Assembly (NCBI GenBank): GCA_001929475.1
Contig: LXFE01000167.1
Span: forward strand, 1-64,000
Direction of reading: 5' to 3'
Origin: Neolecta irregularis DAH-3
Lineage: Eukaryota
Length of the DNA stretch: 64,000 nt
The notes under the pieces were generated by a model. The model did no database searches. It was given only the letters and a program-made list of their open reading frames with translations, and had not been told where the DNA came from. Position 1 is the stretch's first letter, and each line of letters starts with the position of its first letter. The translations under genes and the position numbers were made by a program. Positions 25,524-39,397 of the stretch are shown here, piece by piece.

Positions 25524-27616
25524 ATGGTTGGGTTCAGTCGTGGTACTGGCCAGAAACTAGGTTTGTTCTTGTCGCTATTGGCTACTCGGCCGATGTTTTG
25601 TCTTGGAGAATAGCATTTGATCTTGTCTAGGAACTGCTGTGAATATATGTGCAGCCATCCTTACGTTCGTAGCATGCGCTCTCTCCGCCATTTCAATGTG
25701 GTATCAACTCAAAAATTACCGAAAACCTCTCCTCCAGCGATTTGTCAATCGAATTCTCTTGATGTGAAGAGCATATAGTGTTAATCAAGCTTATTATCTT
25801 CAGGGTTCCTCTCTACGCAATTTGCTCGTGGTTTGCTCTTTCGTCATTTATTTTAGCCGATATTTTCGATCCTATCCGAGACATCTACGAGGTACGATCA
25901 ATCTGTGCGCTAAACTTACGATCGAGGCTTTCGTGATATATTGCTTCTTCAATCTGTTGATTAATTATCTCGGGGGCGAACGATCCGTCATTATAATGAA
26001 TTATGGAAGGCCGCCCATCAACCATCCATGGCCGTTGAATCACTTTTTCAACAAGGTTGAGATAGGTGACCCCCACACCTTCCTCGCAATCAAGCGGGGC
26101 ATTCTTCAGTATGCTTGGATGAAGCCAATTCTTGCGGTTGCGACTATCATTATGAAAGTTACTGGGACTTTTAAGGAAGGTTATATTGGCCTAACTTCTG
26201 GATATCTTTGGTCTGGGTTACTGTATAACGCTTCCGTGACTATATCTCTATATTCATTGGCGCTCTTCTGGGTATGCGAGAATCAGGACTTAAAGCCCTT
26301 CAGGTATTTGTTCGTCATTGTCCAGATCTTACCCATAGACCAATGCCCAAATTTCTCAACATAAAACTGGTAATATTTGCATCCTACTGGCAAGGATTTT
26401 TGCTTTCGATTTTGGTTTGGATCGGGTTTCTTCCCACAGTAAGTGAATACACTACTGATAACCTTGCTCGTGCGATTCAGGACGCATTGATTTGCATCGA
26501 AATGCCCTTATTCGCCATAGGTCATTGGTACGCCTTTTCATATAAAGATTACTGCGATGCATCTATATCATCAGCACGATTGCCATTCCGACATGCCCTT
26601 CGTGATTCTTTTGGACTAAAAGATGTCATTGAAGATACGAAAGACACTTTCCTCCGAGGACGACGGTATGGGTATAGGGCGTTTGATTCCAGCGAAGCTA
26701 TAAGGGCATATGAGGGTGCTGGGCGAAATGCTCGAATGTCTGAAGGACTGCGATATACCCGTGATGGTAAAGGAAAGTATTGGTTACCACCTCCAACAAG
26801 TTCAACCAGCCTTCTGTCTCGATTTGCCGGTTCCGGTTATACAGTTGCTGCGCCAGAGCATATTCGTAGGGCTTGCGAAGGCATACGAAGGGAGGGCAGG
26901 GAGACTGAAGACATCGAAACCAAATTGGACCAAGGTGACGAAGAATTGTTCAAAAAAGCCCGCACATTAGAGTTTGGAGATTACAATGTTCGAAAATTCT
27001 ATGATATAGACTTGCTAATGCGTAGTATCCTGTTATTCCTGTTCAAGAACCTTGGCAAGAATGGGCTGAGAGAGAAAACCATCGTCACGCTCGAGCATCC
27101 GCACAAGAAAATATCCGAAAAGGCGTAGATGCGAAGATCGTAGCTTCATTGAATAAGGGGAAAGGGAAAGCCCTAAAGCTTGACGATTCTGCCAAAATTC
27201 TTCCACTACGGAGTAATTCCACTTCATCGTCTGCGTCCGCACCATCCACTATGAGTACACCTTCAGAATTTGGAAAAATCGAGAAGGACGGACTGAGAGA
27301 TCTTGTATATAGTGATCCCGTGGAAGAGGAGCGGCTAAGGGTTCGAGGTCGAAAACAAGGACCATTGTTAGCTAATATAGATCCGAAAGTCTTCATTGAT
27401 GCTTTGGATGGAAGAGTTCAACATGGAAATGTAGACCCTTCAGAACAGCCCGCAAAGTTCGCCATCGGTAATTTTGGGGAGCTGATCGAAGAATCGACCG
27501 CTTTCATTTCAAAATCCGAACCACCGACATCCAGTTATAAAGTATCTTCTGATCCTTTTATCGCTGCCAGCTATGGGTCATTCAGAGAAGAACGGACAGC
27601 ATGGGAAAAGAAATAG
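25524..27616 (+). CDS. HFL1: TMEM184/OST-alpha family membrane protein, Hfl1-like (5 introns)
   Basis: QLKNYRKPLLQRFVNRILLMVPLY, RDIYEAFVIYCFFNLLINYLGGER, KRGILQYAWMKP, PKFLNIKLVIFASYWQG. Confidence 0.88.
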
Positions 27617-27713
27617 AATTATTTCAGAGGAGTTTGGGCATTTTGCATCATAATGGGGTTTGTCTTTATGTAGTGTCATTTTCTTTATTTCATACCCACA
27701 AATCTTGGTTGCA

Positions 27714-28399
27714 TTAGAAGCCTCTACCAACGCCCGACCAAACTCCCTTTATTAGTGCATCATCGCGTACATTTAGAAGTCCAGTTGATTTCTTTGTTTT
27801 GTTAGATTCTTCCACGGCAGCAGATATATCAGCAATATTTGTCTCTACTACCATCCCACCAGAAATAATTTCAGAGAGGACATGATGAACTTCTTCAAAA
27901 TTGAATATCTGAGCTTTTAGTTAATGCTGTTACGATGAATTTACCAGATCCAGCTCACAAACATTTTCAAATGAGCGATCTAGACTCTCCACGAAAACCT
28001 TTTTGTTTGAGTGAGCTACAGCTACAGCTTTGGCTTGTATTGTACCTGTATAAGATCCAGAACAGCCAGTTCGCATTCGCTCTCGTCTACCACAAACACA
28101 AAGTAAAGGGTGGCATAATGACGATATATCACTCGGACGTCTTCCCCTCCAATCAATTTACTTCCTTCCAAGAAGTTGCATGCTGATGCTAAGCGAGCTG
28201 AAACTAAGCCAAAAATCTCTTCAATCAACGATTTTTGTGTCTCAACGCTCTGAGAACGAGATCAGTCGAGCCTTGAAGGACAATTGAAGTACAATTGGTG
28301 TATAAAATTTTGTCAAGCGCGGTTGCCCGGATGTGTTGACTATTAAATATTAGTTGGAAGCTTGTAGGAATAAGCACGGATAATCACTGCATTAATCAT
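27714..28399 (-). CDS. APS3: AP-3 adaptor complex sigma subunit (4 introns)
   Basis: MINAVIILNTSGQPRLTKFY, ACNFLEG, VIYRHYATLYFVFVVDESECELAVLDLIQVFVESLDRSFENVCELDL. Confidence 0.92.
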
Positions 28400-28522
28400 A
28401 AGTGGATGGAGGTTATGGCAGACCCATCGAACCTAACCCTGTCTAACTCCTCTACCCGTCATGCTCCAATATTGAGTTTGCACGAACCGCGCTGAAAAAT
28501 CTTCTTGAGGTCTGAAGGATAG

Positions 28523-31500
28523 ATGAATCCGAATAAGCACCAACTTTTGCATCACACAATTGCAGCCTCCCCACAAATTAAATTTGCCTTATCTGGAGAA
28601 TTTCGGTACGACAGTCCACACGATCTCGTTCTTATAAAACACCACGCGATAGAGTTTTATGAACTGCAAGAAAGCGGAGAACTAATTTGTTTATCTAACC
28701 AGTTTCTGCCTTTTGGTATTCAAGATGCGAAAGTCTATCATCCTTCAACAGGAAGAAGCAACTTAGAACTAGGGTTACAACAGACGCAAGAAAAAGTTGA
28801 AATTGGGGAAGAAAGCTTCGATGTTGATATGATTGTATGTTCGACTGATACCGGAAAACTTCTCTACTTGACTTGGAATGATAATTTACCATGTCCTTCC
28901 AAATATGCCAATGGCGGAAAACTTCACCCTTTTGAATTAAGGGAAGACTCGTCATTTCACCAGGAGGGTTATTTTGAAATATATTGGGAGCTATGCTTGG
29001 GGCCCGTCGGCATGTTAGGTTCTTTAGGCAAGGAGGTTTCTGTGGATCCTCTGTAGGATGTCTTGGCGATAGAGCTCGACTAATTTTACAAGGTCACGAG
29101 CAGTAGCAGGTTCATTGAACATAGAACCCCTGAACTAATGATTCAGTATCTGCATGGGAGAGTTATGTTGCAATTCACATCCCGTTGAAATATACGAATG
29201 CAAAATCTCAACCCCTGCATGTCTCAAATTCTTTTTTGGATTCATTTTAATTGAAAGGTTATTGAGGTTGGTGATCTCATCTGGCACGCAGTATTTTTGT
29301 ATCCGCAGCCTGGGAGAGAAGAAAGATTACTGCTGGCTATATATATGACTGAGTATGTCTCTTAAGATATGCTTGAACTAAGAGGAGGGGCCATGACTAT
29401 TTGCGCCTGTTTGAATGGTTCGTCGGACGCCCAATTCACGAATTCCATCGAAAAGGAAGCTTGCCTCTGCAGCAAGGTATTGTCTCAAATATGTATAGGT
29501 GATGACAGGAGGAATGACTCGTCCGTTACATCTTTTATCGTTGGCATCTGAGCCAGAAGCTTTTGTGCTAATAACTGTCTTTGAGATCCAGACTGATTAA
29601 TTTCTAACGTCTAGAAAACAAAGATCTTTTCATTTACCGCGAAGGACATCATTTCTGGCAACATTGAGCCTCAAGAAGAACAATTATTACCGGACTCGAT
29701 CGGTATTCTTAATGCCATCTCACGTTGTCCAATGCCAAATCGAACATGGGAGTCTTTTTGGGCAATTTCAGACTTAGGGACTATAGTGAAACTCACTTTT
29801 GTCTCAGGAACACTTGATCGTGAAAGTTTAGCATTCCCTGCTTCGTTGGACAACAATTCACAACATATTCTTCCCGGTTCAGTGCTTGTTAGTATACCTG
29901 TGGACAGCCGAACGGTTGATATACTATTTGTAGGTGGAGATGCAAGCGATTCTGCGTTATACCTTCTCGAGCACGATTCTTTTGGCTCAAGTGGGCATCC
30001 AAATCTCATACATTTGTCAAGTATTCCAAGCTGGGGAGCTGTCCGCGACGCAGTGATAGCGCCCCCGAAGGATCCAGGTAATGAATTGTCTTCAAGGAAT
30101 CAGGCTCTTTTATTTGTCGCTTCTGGCTTTGATAACGCAGCAAGCGTTTCCAGATTGCAGATTGCCCATCAGGGCTCAGTAGTCCATGAGACAGAAATCC
30201 AGTAGGAAGCTCTCATTTCCCTCAATACTGATTATTAGGGCTGAGAATTTATGGTCATTGATACATGCAGAGCAGTCATTACTTATAATATCGACGCCTT
30301 GGGGCTCACAAGCCATGACTCGAAGTTGTTCGAACGAACTTGAAGGTTGTAGTGAGCGAGTGGGATTGTTGGAGGAGGAACCAACTTTAGCCGCAGAGAG
30401 CTGGAATACAATCCTTACTCAAATCACTCCTTCCCAAATCCGATTGAGCAAAGCGACCTTTGACGAACGCTCTCAAATGACCAAGATATCGTTGACTGAT
30501 ACATCTCGTCAATACCTCGTCGCTGATGTTTGCCAGGACTTGATTGTGGTAGTTATCAAGTCTACCCCCACCCCTAAACTCGCTATTGCCCGATCTGTAT
30601 GCGAAAGCGGGTATTTAGAAGATTCACCTCTGGTTTGACAATAAGAGCGCTGTTCATACAATGGACACAATGTACTGTTAAGTTAGAAGCCCAGCCATCG
30701 CTAGTACGGATATTTCTCTCTAACAGGTACGCATTCATTGTGAGCATCATACATCCTTAAACCATAGGTTTGAAAACCAGCATGATTATTGCATGGTTCT
30801 CGTGTCACTACACAATGGCGAAGTTCTGCTCTTTACAGTCTCTCGCCGTGACGTACCAGAACTGCATTTGTCTGCCAAAGAAATTCTCCATCACGGCATC
30901 GCAGCCCAGAGTGTCAGCCAATATCATCATAGGCCATCTATTATTGATCATGCAGCACTTCTCTCGAATCATTATCGTCAATTGCTAGTACTCGGGAGTC
31001 GCTCTGGAATCTTGATTCTTTGGGAACTTTTTAAAATCGACGGTTCTCTTCGCTAGATGCTTCAATGTTGACGTATCAGGGTTTCTAAAGTTTGGATCAC
31101 GCATAGAGAGAATGATTGATGGGAATCCTGTCCATCTCGATCCCTGCTACACATCGCGATATCAACCTTGGACGTCTTGTCTTGTAATGACGGCAGATAC
31201 CCAAATATTAAGACTGGATGGTCACTTGATAGCAATAGCGACTCTGATTATCCAACCTACCGGATTCGAAAAAGGACACCAAATGAACATTTGCGGAAAA
31301 TCGATATGCATGAACGAGCAAAAGTTTTTAAGGGTCACTCCATTTAAATTTGATGATGAAGATAACCGACATTATCAAAGCTTTGCATCTGTTTCCGAAA
31401 AAGATAATATTCGAACACTAAAATTTATCAAAATCAGGATGAGAAATACGATATTAGTGATGAAATTCTACCTTCCTATTAGTGTAGGTCATTCCACCGA

Positions 31501-32903
31501 GATAAGGTCAGAAGCACTTACGACGTAGAATCCTAAACGAATGATATATTCATCTCATCTCGATCTTCTTGTACTGTCTTTGAACCCATCATCGACCTCA
31601 GATCAAACTCTAGCCCAAGAGAGATTTGCTTTTCTAGATCCCCGGAGGTATGTAATACTAATTAGCCCCTGAAAATTCATTGATTAGTGGTCATTTTCTG
31701 ATGCAGCAGGAGGAAGGTCAACAAGCTATATGTTCTACAATCATAGGTCTGAATGACTTGATTACTTCTATGACAAGTGTGATATCTGCTCCGGTTGACC
31801 ACTAACTGCAAGTTTGTTCGATCTTATTGTCCGGATCTCTGGAAAATGTTTTAGTTGTGGGCCTCACAAACCAGTCCCGTAGTAAAATATTTCGGTGTCT
31901 AGTTTTCAATATAAGCCGAGGTGGTAGCCGAGTATATATGAATACTCTTGATGAGATTACCTGCAATGGCCTTGTGAGTGAAGTTGTCGGAATCGATGAA
32001 TATGGGTAGGTTTGTTCATTTCTTCGAGGAGGTTGAAAATAGAATCATCGCTATCTGCTCTGGATGCGATCTGATCTTTTATAGATGGATTTCAAGCCAA
32101 AACTCGTGTGTTGCCTTGCATTACCTTATCTAACGCGATAGCTTCCAACCTTTGCCTTGTGGTCCCTTCCGTCTGAGATCAGCAGTAATTCGTTTCCATT
32201 ATTCCGAAAACGTGTTATGTGCTGTATTGCCAAATGATCCTACCACGCTTTTCAAACTTCAAGTCGGTATTATGGGTGACGATGGAATCCCGACCATAAC
32301 CTTTTGCATGCATGAGGGGTAGATCATCCCGGCCTAATTTCGTCGAATAATTTCAAGATACTCGCTGGCGCCATCAAATGGAATTGCTCTTTCCTCTTGT
32401 GGCTCTGGGAATCTTGTTCAAGCAAACAGAAATGGCACAGTAATATTCTGGTCAAGTAATATATTAACAAATAAATTACTTTCTCACTATAAGATGTGCC
32501 CACTAATCAGGGTTTGTCAGATGAGGTCATTGAAATTCAATTGAAATCTCGAAGCATCGCAATTCTCCCGCGACCCGAACGGAGAGACATTCTTACAGTT
32601 GCAATCAATGGTGAAATCACACGGATCATATCGCTTTCTACTTTTCAGTATTACCTCTTGTCTCAGATAGAGAATGCACGTTCACAGGAAAATTCTCCCG
32701 AAAAAAGTCTTGGTATGTTTAAATCAAATTTGTCCTAACCTGAAGGTCATTCCAAGGATGGCGGTTTTTGGGTGGAGAATGGCGACTTTTTGGCTAGTAT
32801 AAGATTCAACTTTGAAACTGCAGCGTTGATAAAATCTTTGAGCAAGAACGAACAAGATGATGTAAACGAATTGAGAAAGGCGTTGGATTTTGTTTTTCCA
32901 TAA
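28523..32903 (+). CDS. Mms1/DDB1/CPSF-A-like multi-beta-propeller protein (many introns)
   Basis: LGKEVSVDPLSRAVAVSAWE, IWHAVFLYP, IPSWGAVRD, LFVASG...SVSRLQIAH, LLEEEPTLAA...ILTQITPSQIRL resemble the MMS1_N region. Internal exon structure only partly resolved. Confidence 0.7.
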
Positions 32904-32943
32904 AAATATCAGAAATTCATTGTAGGTACAGTACATATAATAC

Positions 32944-35847
32944 TCATTTGGCTGCCTCTGTTGAATCGTTGTTTCTTGTGTCAATAAAATCTCGTATACC
33001 AGGCTTTTTGATATTTATCCGGCCACCGAGTCGTCTCTTTCCAACTCTCCTTTCAAAATCAAGAATGCAAGAAATGACATCGGGGTATCTTACTTCGATG
33101 TGTCTCCTATTGGTTCGATTGAACATCCGGAATCCATAAATGGGAGCGCGAGTTTCTCCCCGTTTCCATCTTCGATACGCGGCTAATAGTTGTATCTTGG
33201 CCTCCGTGTTCAAGCGAGGAAAGGGCAAATTTGGCTTGCTCCATGTTGTTGTCGAAATATATCGGTTCAACTGACAATGGGCAAGCCAGAATGCCTTGAA
33301 AGCACTATGATCGTCCTGCGCCAGTGCGCTGATACTCAGATTTATTGCGAGATAATCCAATCTGCGATACGGTATACGAAAAGGAAACTTGGTACTACTT
33401 GGTGCTAGCCGCCCGGTAGATCTGCTTTTCAGGAAGACGTATAATGGATGCGATAAGGCATGTTTTTCTGCGCGGCAAATGTACGATGCAACAGCCGTTT
33501 CTTCGTTTTGGTATGGATAACGAATCAAAGATTTTACTCGTCGTCGAATATACAACCACATGAGATCGATAGCCGTTTCATCGCCCGCATCCACAAATCC
33601 TCGTAGTAACGCCGTCGCTGTTCGAAGTTGGACAGGAGGTTGGGCTCTTATCTGCGGGCTCCGATAAATGTTTGCCAACACTCTGCAAAACAAAATTCTT
33701 GAAGTCGATGTCCGTAAAACCGAAGAGTTTTTTGTTGAAGAAGGTATAAATGGAAAGGTGCTAAACGAAGAGTATGGATCTGTAAGGTCTAGTGTTCTTT
33801 CCCCTCTTCGTATTGAAATAAAAATTTCATGAATCCATTTAGGGAAGTTCACAGAGGTGAGATTAGGACGCATGAGTTGCCCTTGGGCAAGAGCAAAGAT
33901 CGCCAAAGCCATTACCGTAGGCGGTGTATTAGTCGCAGTCATTTTCAAATAGAGTGATCGAACTTTCTCAGGTTGACCAGCTCGAAGATAGGCTCCCATC
34001 ATGATTGCGTACATATTTCCATCTGGAAGTACAACGGATGTTTCGACAGATAAACCATCAAATAGCTCTTGAGCAGTTTCCAGTTCGTTGTTGTTACACA
34101 TGACTTCAAATAAAATTCCATAAGATTGAGCATCAGCCAAATAACCCTCCTTGACCATTTTTTCCATGTTACTGCGAAACTTTTCAACATCTTTGAGAGC
34201 GCAATCCGAACGCAATTTTATGAGCCACGTAGTTTTATCCGGTTCAACACCAAACAATTTACGAAAGTCGCCAAATAAGTCAGTGGTTTCTTTGTGCCAG
34301 CCACAATTGACATGACATTTGAGGTAACTATTGGCTGCATCGATAGAAAGGGGTAGATTGTGTGCATTAGCAATACGAAAAGCGTATTGGGCACTTTTCA
34401 AATGTCCTCTTGCGGCCGCCATCGACATTACTTTTTCAATTATTTCCATGGTAACAGGAACTTTGGTGGAAATGAGATTAGCCACTGTTCGTACGGCCGT
34501 ATCGATATCAAGCGTGGGTTCATAAATCCGGTCAAGGAGGTACTGAACGACGACCGTGGGGTCTAGGTTGTCGCTAATTATGCGGCGGATTACAGGCGTA
34601 GAATTTGCATAGAAATCATGGGCATACATGAGAGCAGCGAATGTTTCTGCATTAGGTTGGAGCGATTTAAATATTAATTCTTCGAAAACGGTGTTTACTG
34701 CATCGACTTCGCCTCGTCGTGAGTGGTATGCCATTGCCAGATTGAAAAACGGTACCGAAATGAAGTCTTTTACTTTTAGGAAATCATTAAATATATCTTT
34801 TACGAGGACTGGGTTATCTCGAAACATTGCGCAAGGGAGCATGGCGGTTAAAATATCAATGGGTCGAGAAACATGAGCACGTTTTCGAATACCTTGGTAA
34901 ATCTCTATACAGCGATCATGTAAAAGTCCAGCATCTAGCAACCTTGTTAAAATTTTAGTAGTGACTTTTATCTTGAGATTCCATTTGATAGATTCGCAAT
35001 AGTCGTGAATGCCAAGTAGGCTAAGTGGATCATGATTACAATCCTCTGCCAAGAATGAGATAAATGTTTCAAGCCAGAAACGACGAGCATCCGATGATGT
35101 CTGTGGATTTGCGGGTCCTCCAAGAGCAAAAGATTGTCGAAGAAAAGCAATCGGATCTTCAACGTTTTTAAAGATCAAATCGAGGTACATGTACCCGTCA
35201 TCCTTGAATTTTCTAGTCACACGGGTAACTAGAAAGCGAGCTGCTGTCTTTTCCCATAGGTGAATCGCTTCGATCAAGCGATTATTTTCGACTAGCCATC
35301 GAATCATGCTCTGAATTACACCATACTGGAGATCATCTAACTGGCGATTTTGTAAGAATTCATCTGTCAGTTTCAAAGCAATTGATCCCTGACCGATATT
35401 TTTAAGTGAAGTAATACGATATGTATCTTCAAGGGGAGTTCTATTCTGTGGATCAATTCGTTCAACCATAAAGATGATTCGTTGATAATCACGTTCTCGA
35501 CCTTCCTGGCGTAATAGTTCCAAGTATTGATGTCGAAGATCTGCAGGTATTGCATTGCCATCAGTTATTTTCGCAAAGATATTCCATCCATCGTATATTG
35601 GATTCCGAGATGTTTGTTGGAGAATTTCCGCCAATTCAGAGATATATTTTGCGTCGATCTTGGATGAAGTTATTGCGACGTTTGACGCGGTGATATTACT
35701 CCTTTGAGTAATAGTATCTTGTGATGGTGCACAGTCGGAAGTAAAACTCTTGCAATAAAAGGCTGCATGTGAAAAGTCCAAGGATACGGGATTCAGAGAG
35801 GTTGCGAGAACCAGCTTGATTTGAAGTTTTCGGGTATGTCGGAGCAT
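32944..35847 (-). CDS. Mitochondrial pentatricopeptide-repeat protein, possibly Pet309/Cya-5-like (single exon, 967 aa)
   Basis: PPR motifs such as FFNLAMAYHSRRGEVDAVNTVFEEL...PNAETFAALMYAH and YAIMMGAYLRAGQPEKVRSLYLKM. Basic N-terminal presequence. Confidence 0.8.
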   Translation of the reverse strand: MLRHTRKLQIKLVLATSLNPVSLDFSHAAFYCKSFTSDCAPSQDTITQRSNITASNVAITSSKIDAKYISELAEILQQTSRNPIYDGWNIFAKITDGNAIPADLRHQYLELLRQEGRERDYQRIIFMVERIDPQNRTPLEDTYRITSLKNIGQGSIALKLTDEFLQNRQLDDLQYGVIQSMIRWLVENNRLIEAIHLWEKTAARFLVTRVTRKFKDDGYMYLDLIFKNVEDPIAFLRQSFALGGPANPQTSSDARRFWLETFISFLAEDCNHDPLSLLGIHDYCESIKWNLKIKVTTKILTRLLDAGLLHDRCIEIYQGIRKRAHVSRPIDILTAMLPCAMFRDNPVLVKDIFNDFLKVKDFISVPFFNLAMAYHSRRGEVDAVNTVFEELIFKSLQPNAETFAALMYAHDFYANSTPVIRRIISDNLDPTVVVQYLLDRIYEPTLDIDTAVRTVANLISTKVPVTMEIIEKVMSMAAARGHLKSAQYAFRIANAHNLPLSIDAANSYLKCHVNCGWHKETTDLFGDFRKLFGVEPDKTTWLIKLRSDCALKDVEKFRSNMEKMVKEGYLADAQSYGILFEVMCNNNELETAQELFDGLSVETSVVLPDGNMYAIMMGAYLRAGQPEKVRSLYLKMTATNTPPTVMALAIFALAQGQLMRPNLTSVNFPKWIHEIFISIRRGERTLDLTDPYSSFSTFPFIPSSTKNSSVLRTSTSRILFCRVLANIYRSPQIRAQPPVQLRTATALLRGFVDAGDETAIDLMWLYIRRRVKSLIRYPYQNEETAVASYICRAEKHALSHPLYVFLKSRSTGRLAPSSTKFPFRIPYRRLDYLAINLSISALAQDDHSAFKAFWLAHCQLNRYISTTTWSKPNLPFPRLNTEAKIQLLAAYRRWKRGETRAPIYGFRMFNRTNRRHIEVRYPDVISCILDFERRVGKRRLGGRINIKKPGIRDFIDTRNNDSTEAAK

Positions 35848-36032
35848 CCGCGGTCTAGATAAACTGAAAATCTTTGATTTATGTTGCTAGAACAGCGATT
35901 AGCACAGATTCAAAAAGTAAAATTTACTGCATAGCACAACCAGCGTGAAAAAAAGGGTTCACAGTGAGCGCCAAGAGGACAACAGACGAGTCAATTCTTT
36001 TCTAGACATTTTTTTTTAATGTCACGTGGTAA

Positions 36033-39000
36033 ATGTCTTCCAATTCGTACTCGGATGAATATCGTCCTAAACAACCCGGACTCTCAAATTCTAAAATGAC
36101 CGCTTCAATGACATCTAGCATTTCCGACACAACTACATTTGGCCGTGACTTGACGATCGATCTGCGCGATGAACCAGTGGGATCCATGTCTATTTCTCCC
36201 AGTGGACGGGACGTGGTCCTTGCTTCGTATTTATCCTTGTTCAAGGTTTAAACTCTAATAAAGTAGGCGCAAAGGGTTGTATATAATCGATCTCGACAAT
36301 CCGTATGATCCACCGCGATTTCTGCGTCATCATACAACATGGGAAGTCGCCGATGTTCAATGGTCACCACATGCAAGTCGTCCCGAATACGTCGTCTCGA
36401 CATCCAATCAAAAAGCATGTGTATGGAATTTGTCTCGTCCATCAAGTAGAGCGATTGAACATGTTCTTCACGGTCACACGAGAGCAATCACAGATATCAA
36501 TTGGAGTGCATTTCATCCAGAGATGCTGGCTACCTGTGCCGTCGACAGTTTTATTAATTGTTGGGATTTACGAATACCTAGGGTTCCTGTACAGCAGTTT
36601 AGTGGACGGAGAGCAGCGGGCACACAGGTTAAATGGAATAGAGCCAATGTGCATGTTTTGGCGAGCAGTCATGATAACATTTTGCATATTTGGGATGATA
36701 GGGTACCTAATCTCTATTTAAACACAGCTTGATGAGAAGAAAGGTGCTCAACCAGTAAAATCGATCATTGCGCATGACGCTCGTATTTATGGAATCGATT
36801 GGAATAGAACGCGGGAGACGGGTATAGTTACTTGTTCATCGGACAAGTGTATTAAATTCTGGGATTATGGACAAAAAGAAGATGGCCCCGAGAGGATTAT
36901 TCGTACTGAATTTCCGCTTTTGCGAGCTCGTCATGTACCGTTTGGATGGGGAGTGATGGTGATGCCGCAGCGGGGAAGTCGAGATTTGTATATGTGGGAT
37001 AGAAGAGCTAGTGGAGACATCACCGGCGACCCTGTCGCAAAATTCTCTGGTCACAACGATGGAGTTCGAGAGGTGTGTTCTATAACTATTTTGCTAAGCC
37101 TAGTTTTTGTGGAGAATTCGAGGGGGAGAGCAAGTTGATCGGGATACACGAGAATTTCAACTAGTGTCTTGGGGGAAAGACCAGATGCTACGAATTAGAC
37201 CACTGGACAAGTCTATTCTTGCCGTTGGTAAAAATTCGATATGATTGTTTAAAATGTAGGCCATTGGACACAAGGAAAATGAACCTCCTCGGTTTCGGAA
37301 TACTCGTCTAGGGGCAGTTTACCAGTCATTCAAGATTGAACCACCTGATGAACAAGTCCGAACGACTCCGGTCGTCTTACCAAAGCGAGGCCGATTGTTT
37401 AAAAATAATACAGGGGCAAGTGTATCTATGACTAAATCTCGAGGTCAAACTCAAGAAGTGAGTCCTTTACTCTGGATGCGTGGAGTTCGAATGGGAAAAG
37501 CAGAAGATTGGGAAGGTCCCGAGAACTTTGGAGAAGAAATCTCTTGGTTTGAAATGCGATTTCCTCAAGTTAAGTTTGAAAAGGTAAAAGCTCTTCATAT
37601 CTTTTCTGACCAGAGATCAACGTTGCTGGTCGGACTTGTAGGATTGTGTTGCAAGGACCAGTGGGAGTTTGTTCTAAAGTTGTTTGTCTCCGGTTAAATG
37701 TTCAAGTACCGCCTGAATATCCCAAAGCGATGCCACGATTTGAAATCGAGCCGAGCGATGAATTAACAAAGGAGATGCATATCGAATTGATCAACAAGCT
37801 GTACAAAACGGCGGCAGGGAGCATTGAACAGGGTCGTCCATGCATCGAAGCGTGTGTCAAGAGTTTATTGGGGGAGAAAGCAGATGCAATTGAGAGCGAG
37901 GAAGAGGAATCCAGTAGTGATGAGAGTGCCGGTGATGTTCTTCCCGAAGCAAAAGTAGTCGTGCAAAGTTTTCCTCTTCCCAAGAAATGTGCCGCCATTT
38001 TTTGCGGGAATGGTACTAGTTACAAGTATAAAGCTAACTTTAGGAAAACTAGTTTGTTTTTTCCCGAAAAAGGAGACGGAGACATCGACAGGTCATCGTA
38101 CGAAACGGTCGGTGCTTACGCAACAGCGACAATTGGCGAGTTCTGATTTCATAAGCGAGTCTGCGACGTTTTCAGAAGAGGAGACGGACAGTGAAGGGGA
38201 TTTAGCCAAGGCGGGCACACTTACGATCCACGACCTTCCGCAGCCGCGAAAGCTGCCTACGTCTATTGAGGAGATTTCGTGGCTGCGTCGACGACCTGAA
38301 AAAACGATGGTTTCTATTTATGACTCTGGGGTTTATTTGCAAGAAAAGGAGTACCTGTCGCGGGAGTATATAATAGATGGACCAGCAGTGGACGTGTGCC
38401 GGCACAATGCTGGGATAGCGCAAAAGTATGGCCATTATGATATTGAGCAAGTTTGGAATTTGAGCGAGATGATTTTGAGGAAAAGGTTGCCTGGGGAGAT
38501 AGAACTGGGGATGGGGATAGCGGAGGAGGGTGGTGCTGTGCAATGGGGCAGCCATCCTCTTGGATGCGAGGTTGTGCAACAAATGTAGACTTTGTGTGAA
38601 CGATGCTGATTGCAGGTTTTCCTACTTTGAACGACTGGGGAATGTGCAGATGCTCGCCATGTTGTCGTGCGTGCTTATTCCAGGCAAGGGGCGGGATTCA
38701 GGGCGGGTTGCTGATCGGTACACGTTCCGATTCAGCTCGCCGAGCGCGGCACTTGTAGGGAATGAGCAGGAGGAAACCGAACCACCCAGCTCCGAGCGAC
38801 AGCGGCGGTCTGGGACGGGGAGCGTGCACATTTCGCGGACGAGCAGCCGGCACACGTCACCGACGACGCCGAAGCGGTCAAGTCCGTGGACGACGTTTGG
38901 CAGCCGGTATGAGGAGGCTGGGGTGACGATAAACATTGGGATGGAGAATGTAGAATGGTTTGAGCCGGGCGGGGAGACTGGGATGGAGAATGCAGAATGG

Positions 39001-39397
39001 TTGGAGCCGAGCGGGGAGGTTGGGAGCAAGTACCGGCGGTTCCGGGCAGAGTACAGCGAGATGCTGTACCGGTGGGGGCAGTACAGCCGGCGGGCGGAGA
39101 TGCTCAAGATTGACGGGGGAGACGACGAGGAGCGTGGGTTTGGGCGGCTCAAGGGGCGGCGGAATAGCCGGGAGGGTTTGGAGATAGTGCGGGCGAGCGG
39201 GGCGGGGCGGTGTGTGGTGTGCCTGCTGCGAATCCAGGGTGGGTTGTTATATACAATCATTGATAGGCTGACGGGCAGGGCTGGGCACAGTGTGTGTGTG
39301 GTGCGGGCACGGGCGGCATGTGGGGTGTGCGGAGGGCGAGTGGGCGATGGCCGAGTGCGCGCTGGGGTGCGGGTGCCGGTGTGAGGGGTTGGGGTAG
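36033..39397 (+). CDS. MTC5: GATOR2/SEACAT subunit WDR59/Sea3/Mtc5 (WD40, RWD, C-terminal RING)
   Basis: SMSISPSGRDVVLAS, WEVADVQWSPH, GHTRAITDINW, CRHNAGIAQKYG, WGSHPLG, NVQMLAMLSCV. After the last intron: CVVC...CVWCGHGRHVGC...CALGCGCRC. Confidence 0.92.
38941..39024 (+). repeat. 42-bp in-frame tandem duplication inside WDR59
   Basis: MENVEWFEPGGETG followed by MENAEWLEPSGEVG. Confidence 0.9.

Noticed and set aside
27748-27771. 24-nt GTACGC...CTAATAAAG intron-like stretch near the APS3 3' end
   Set aside because: It is in frame, stop-free and shorter than any supported intron, so it is treated as coding.
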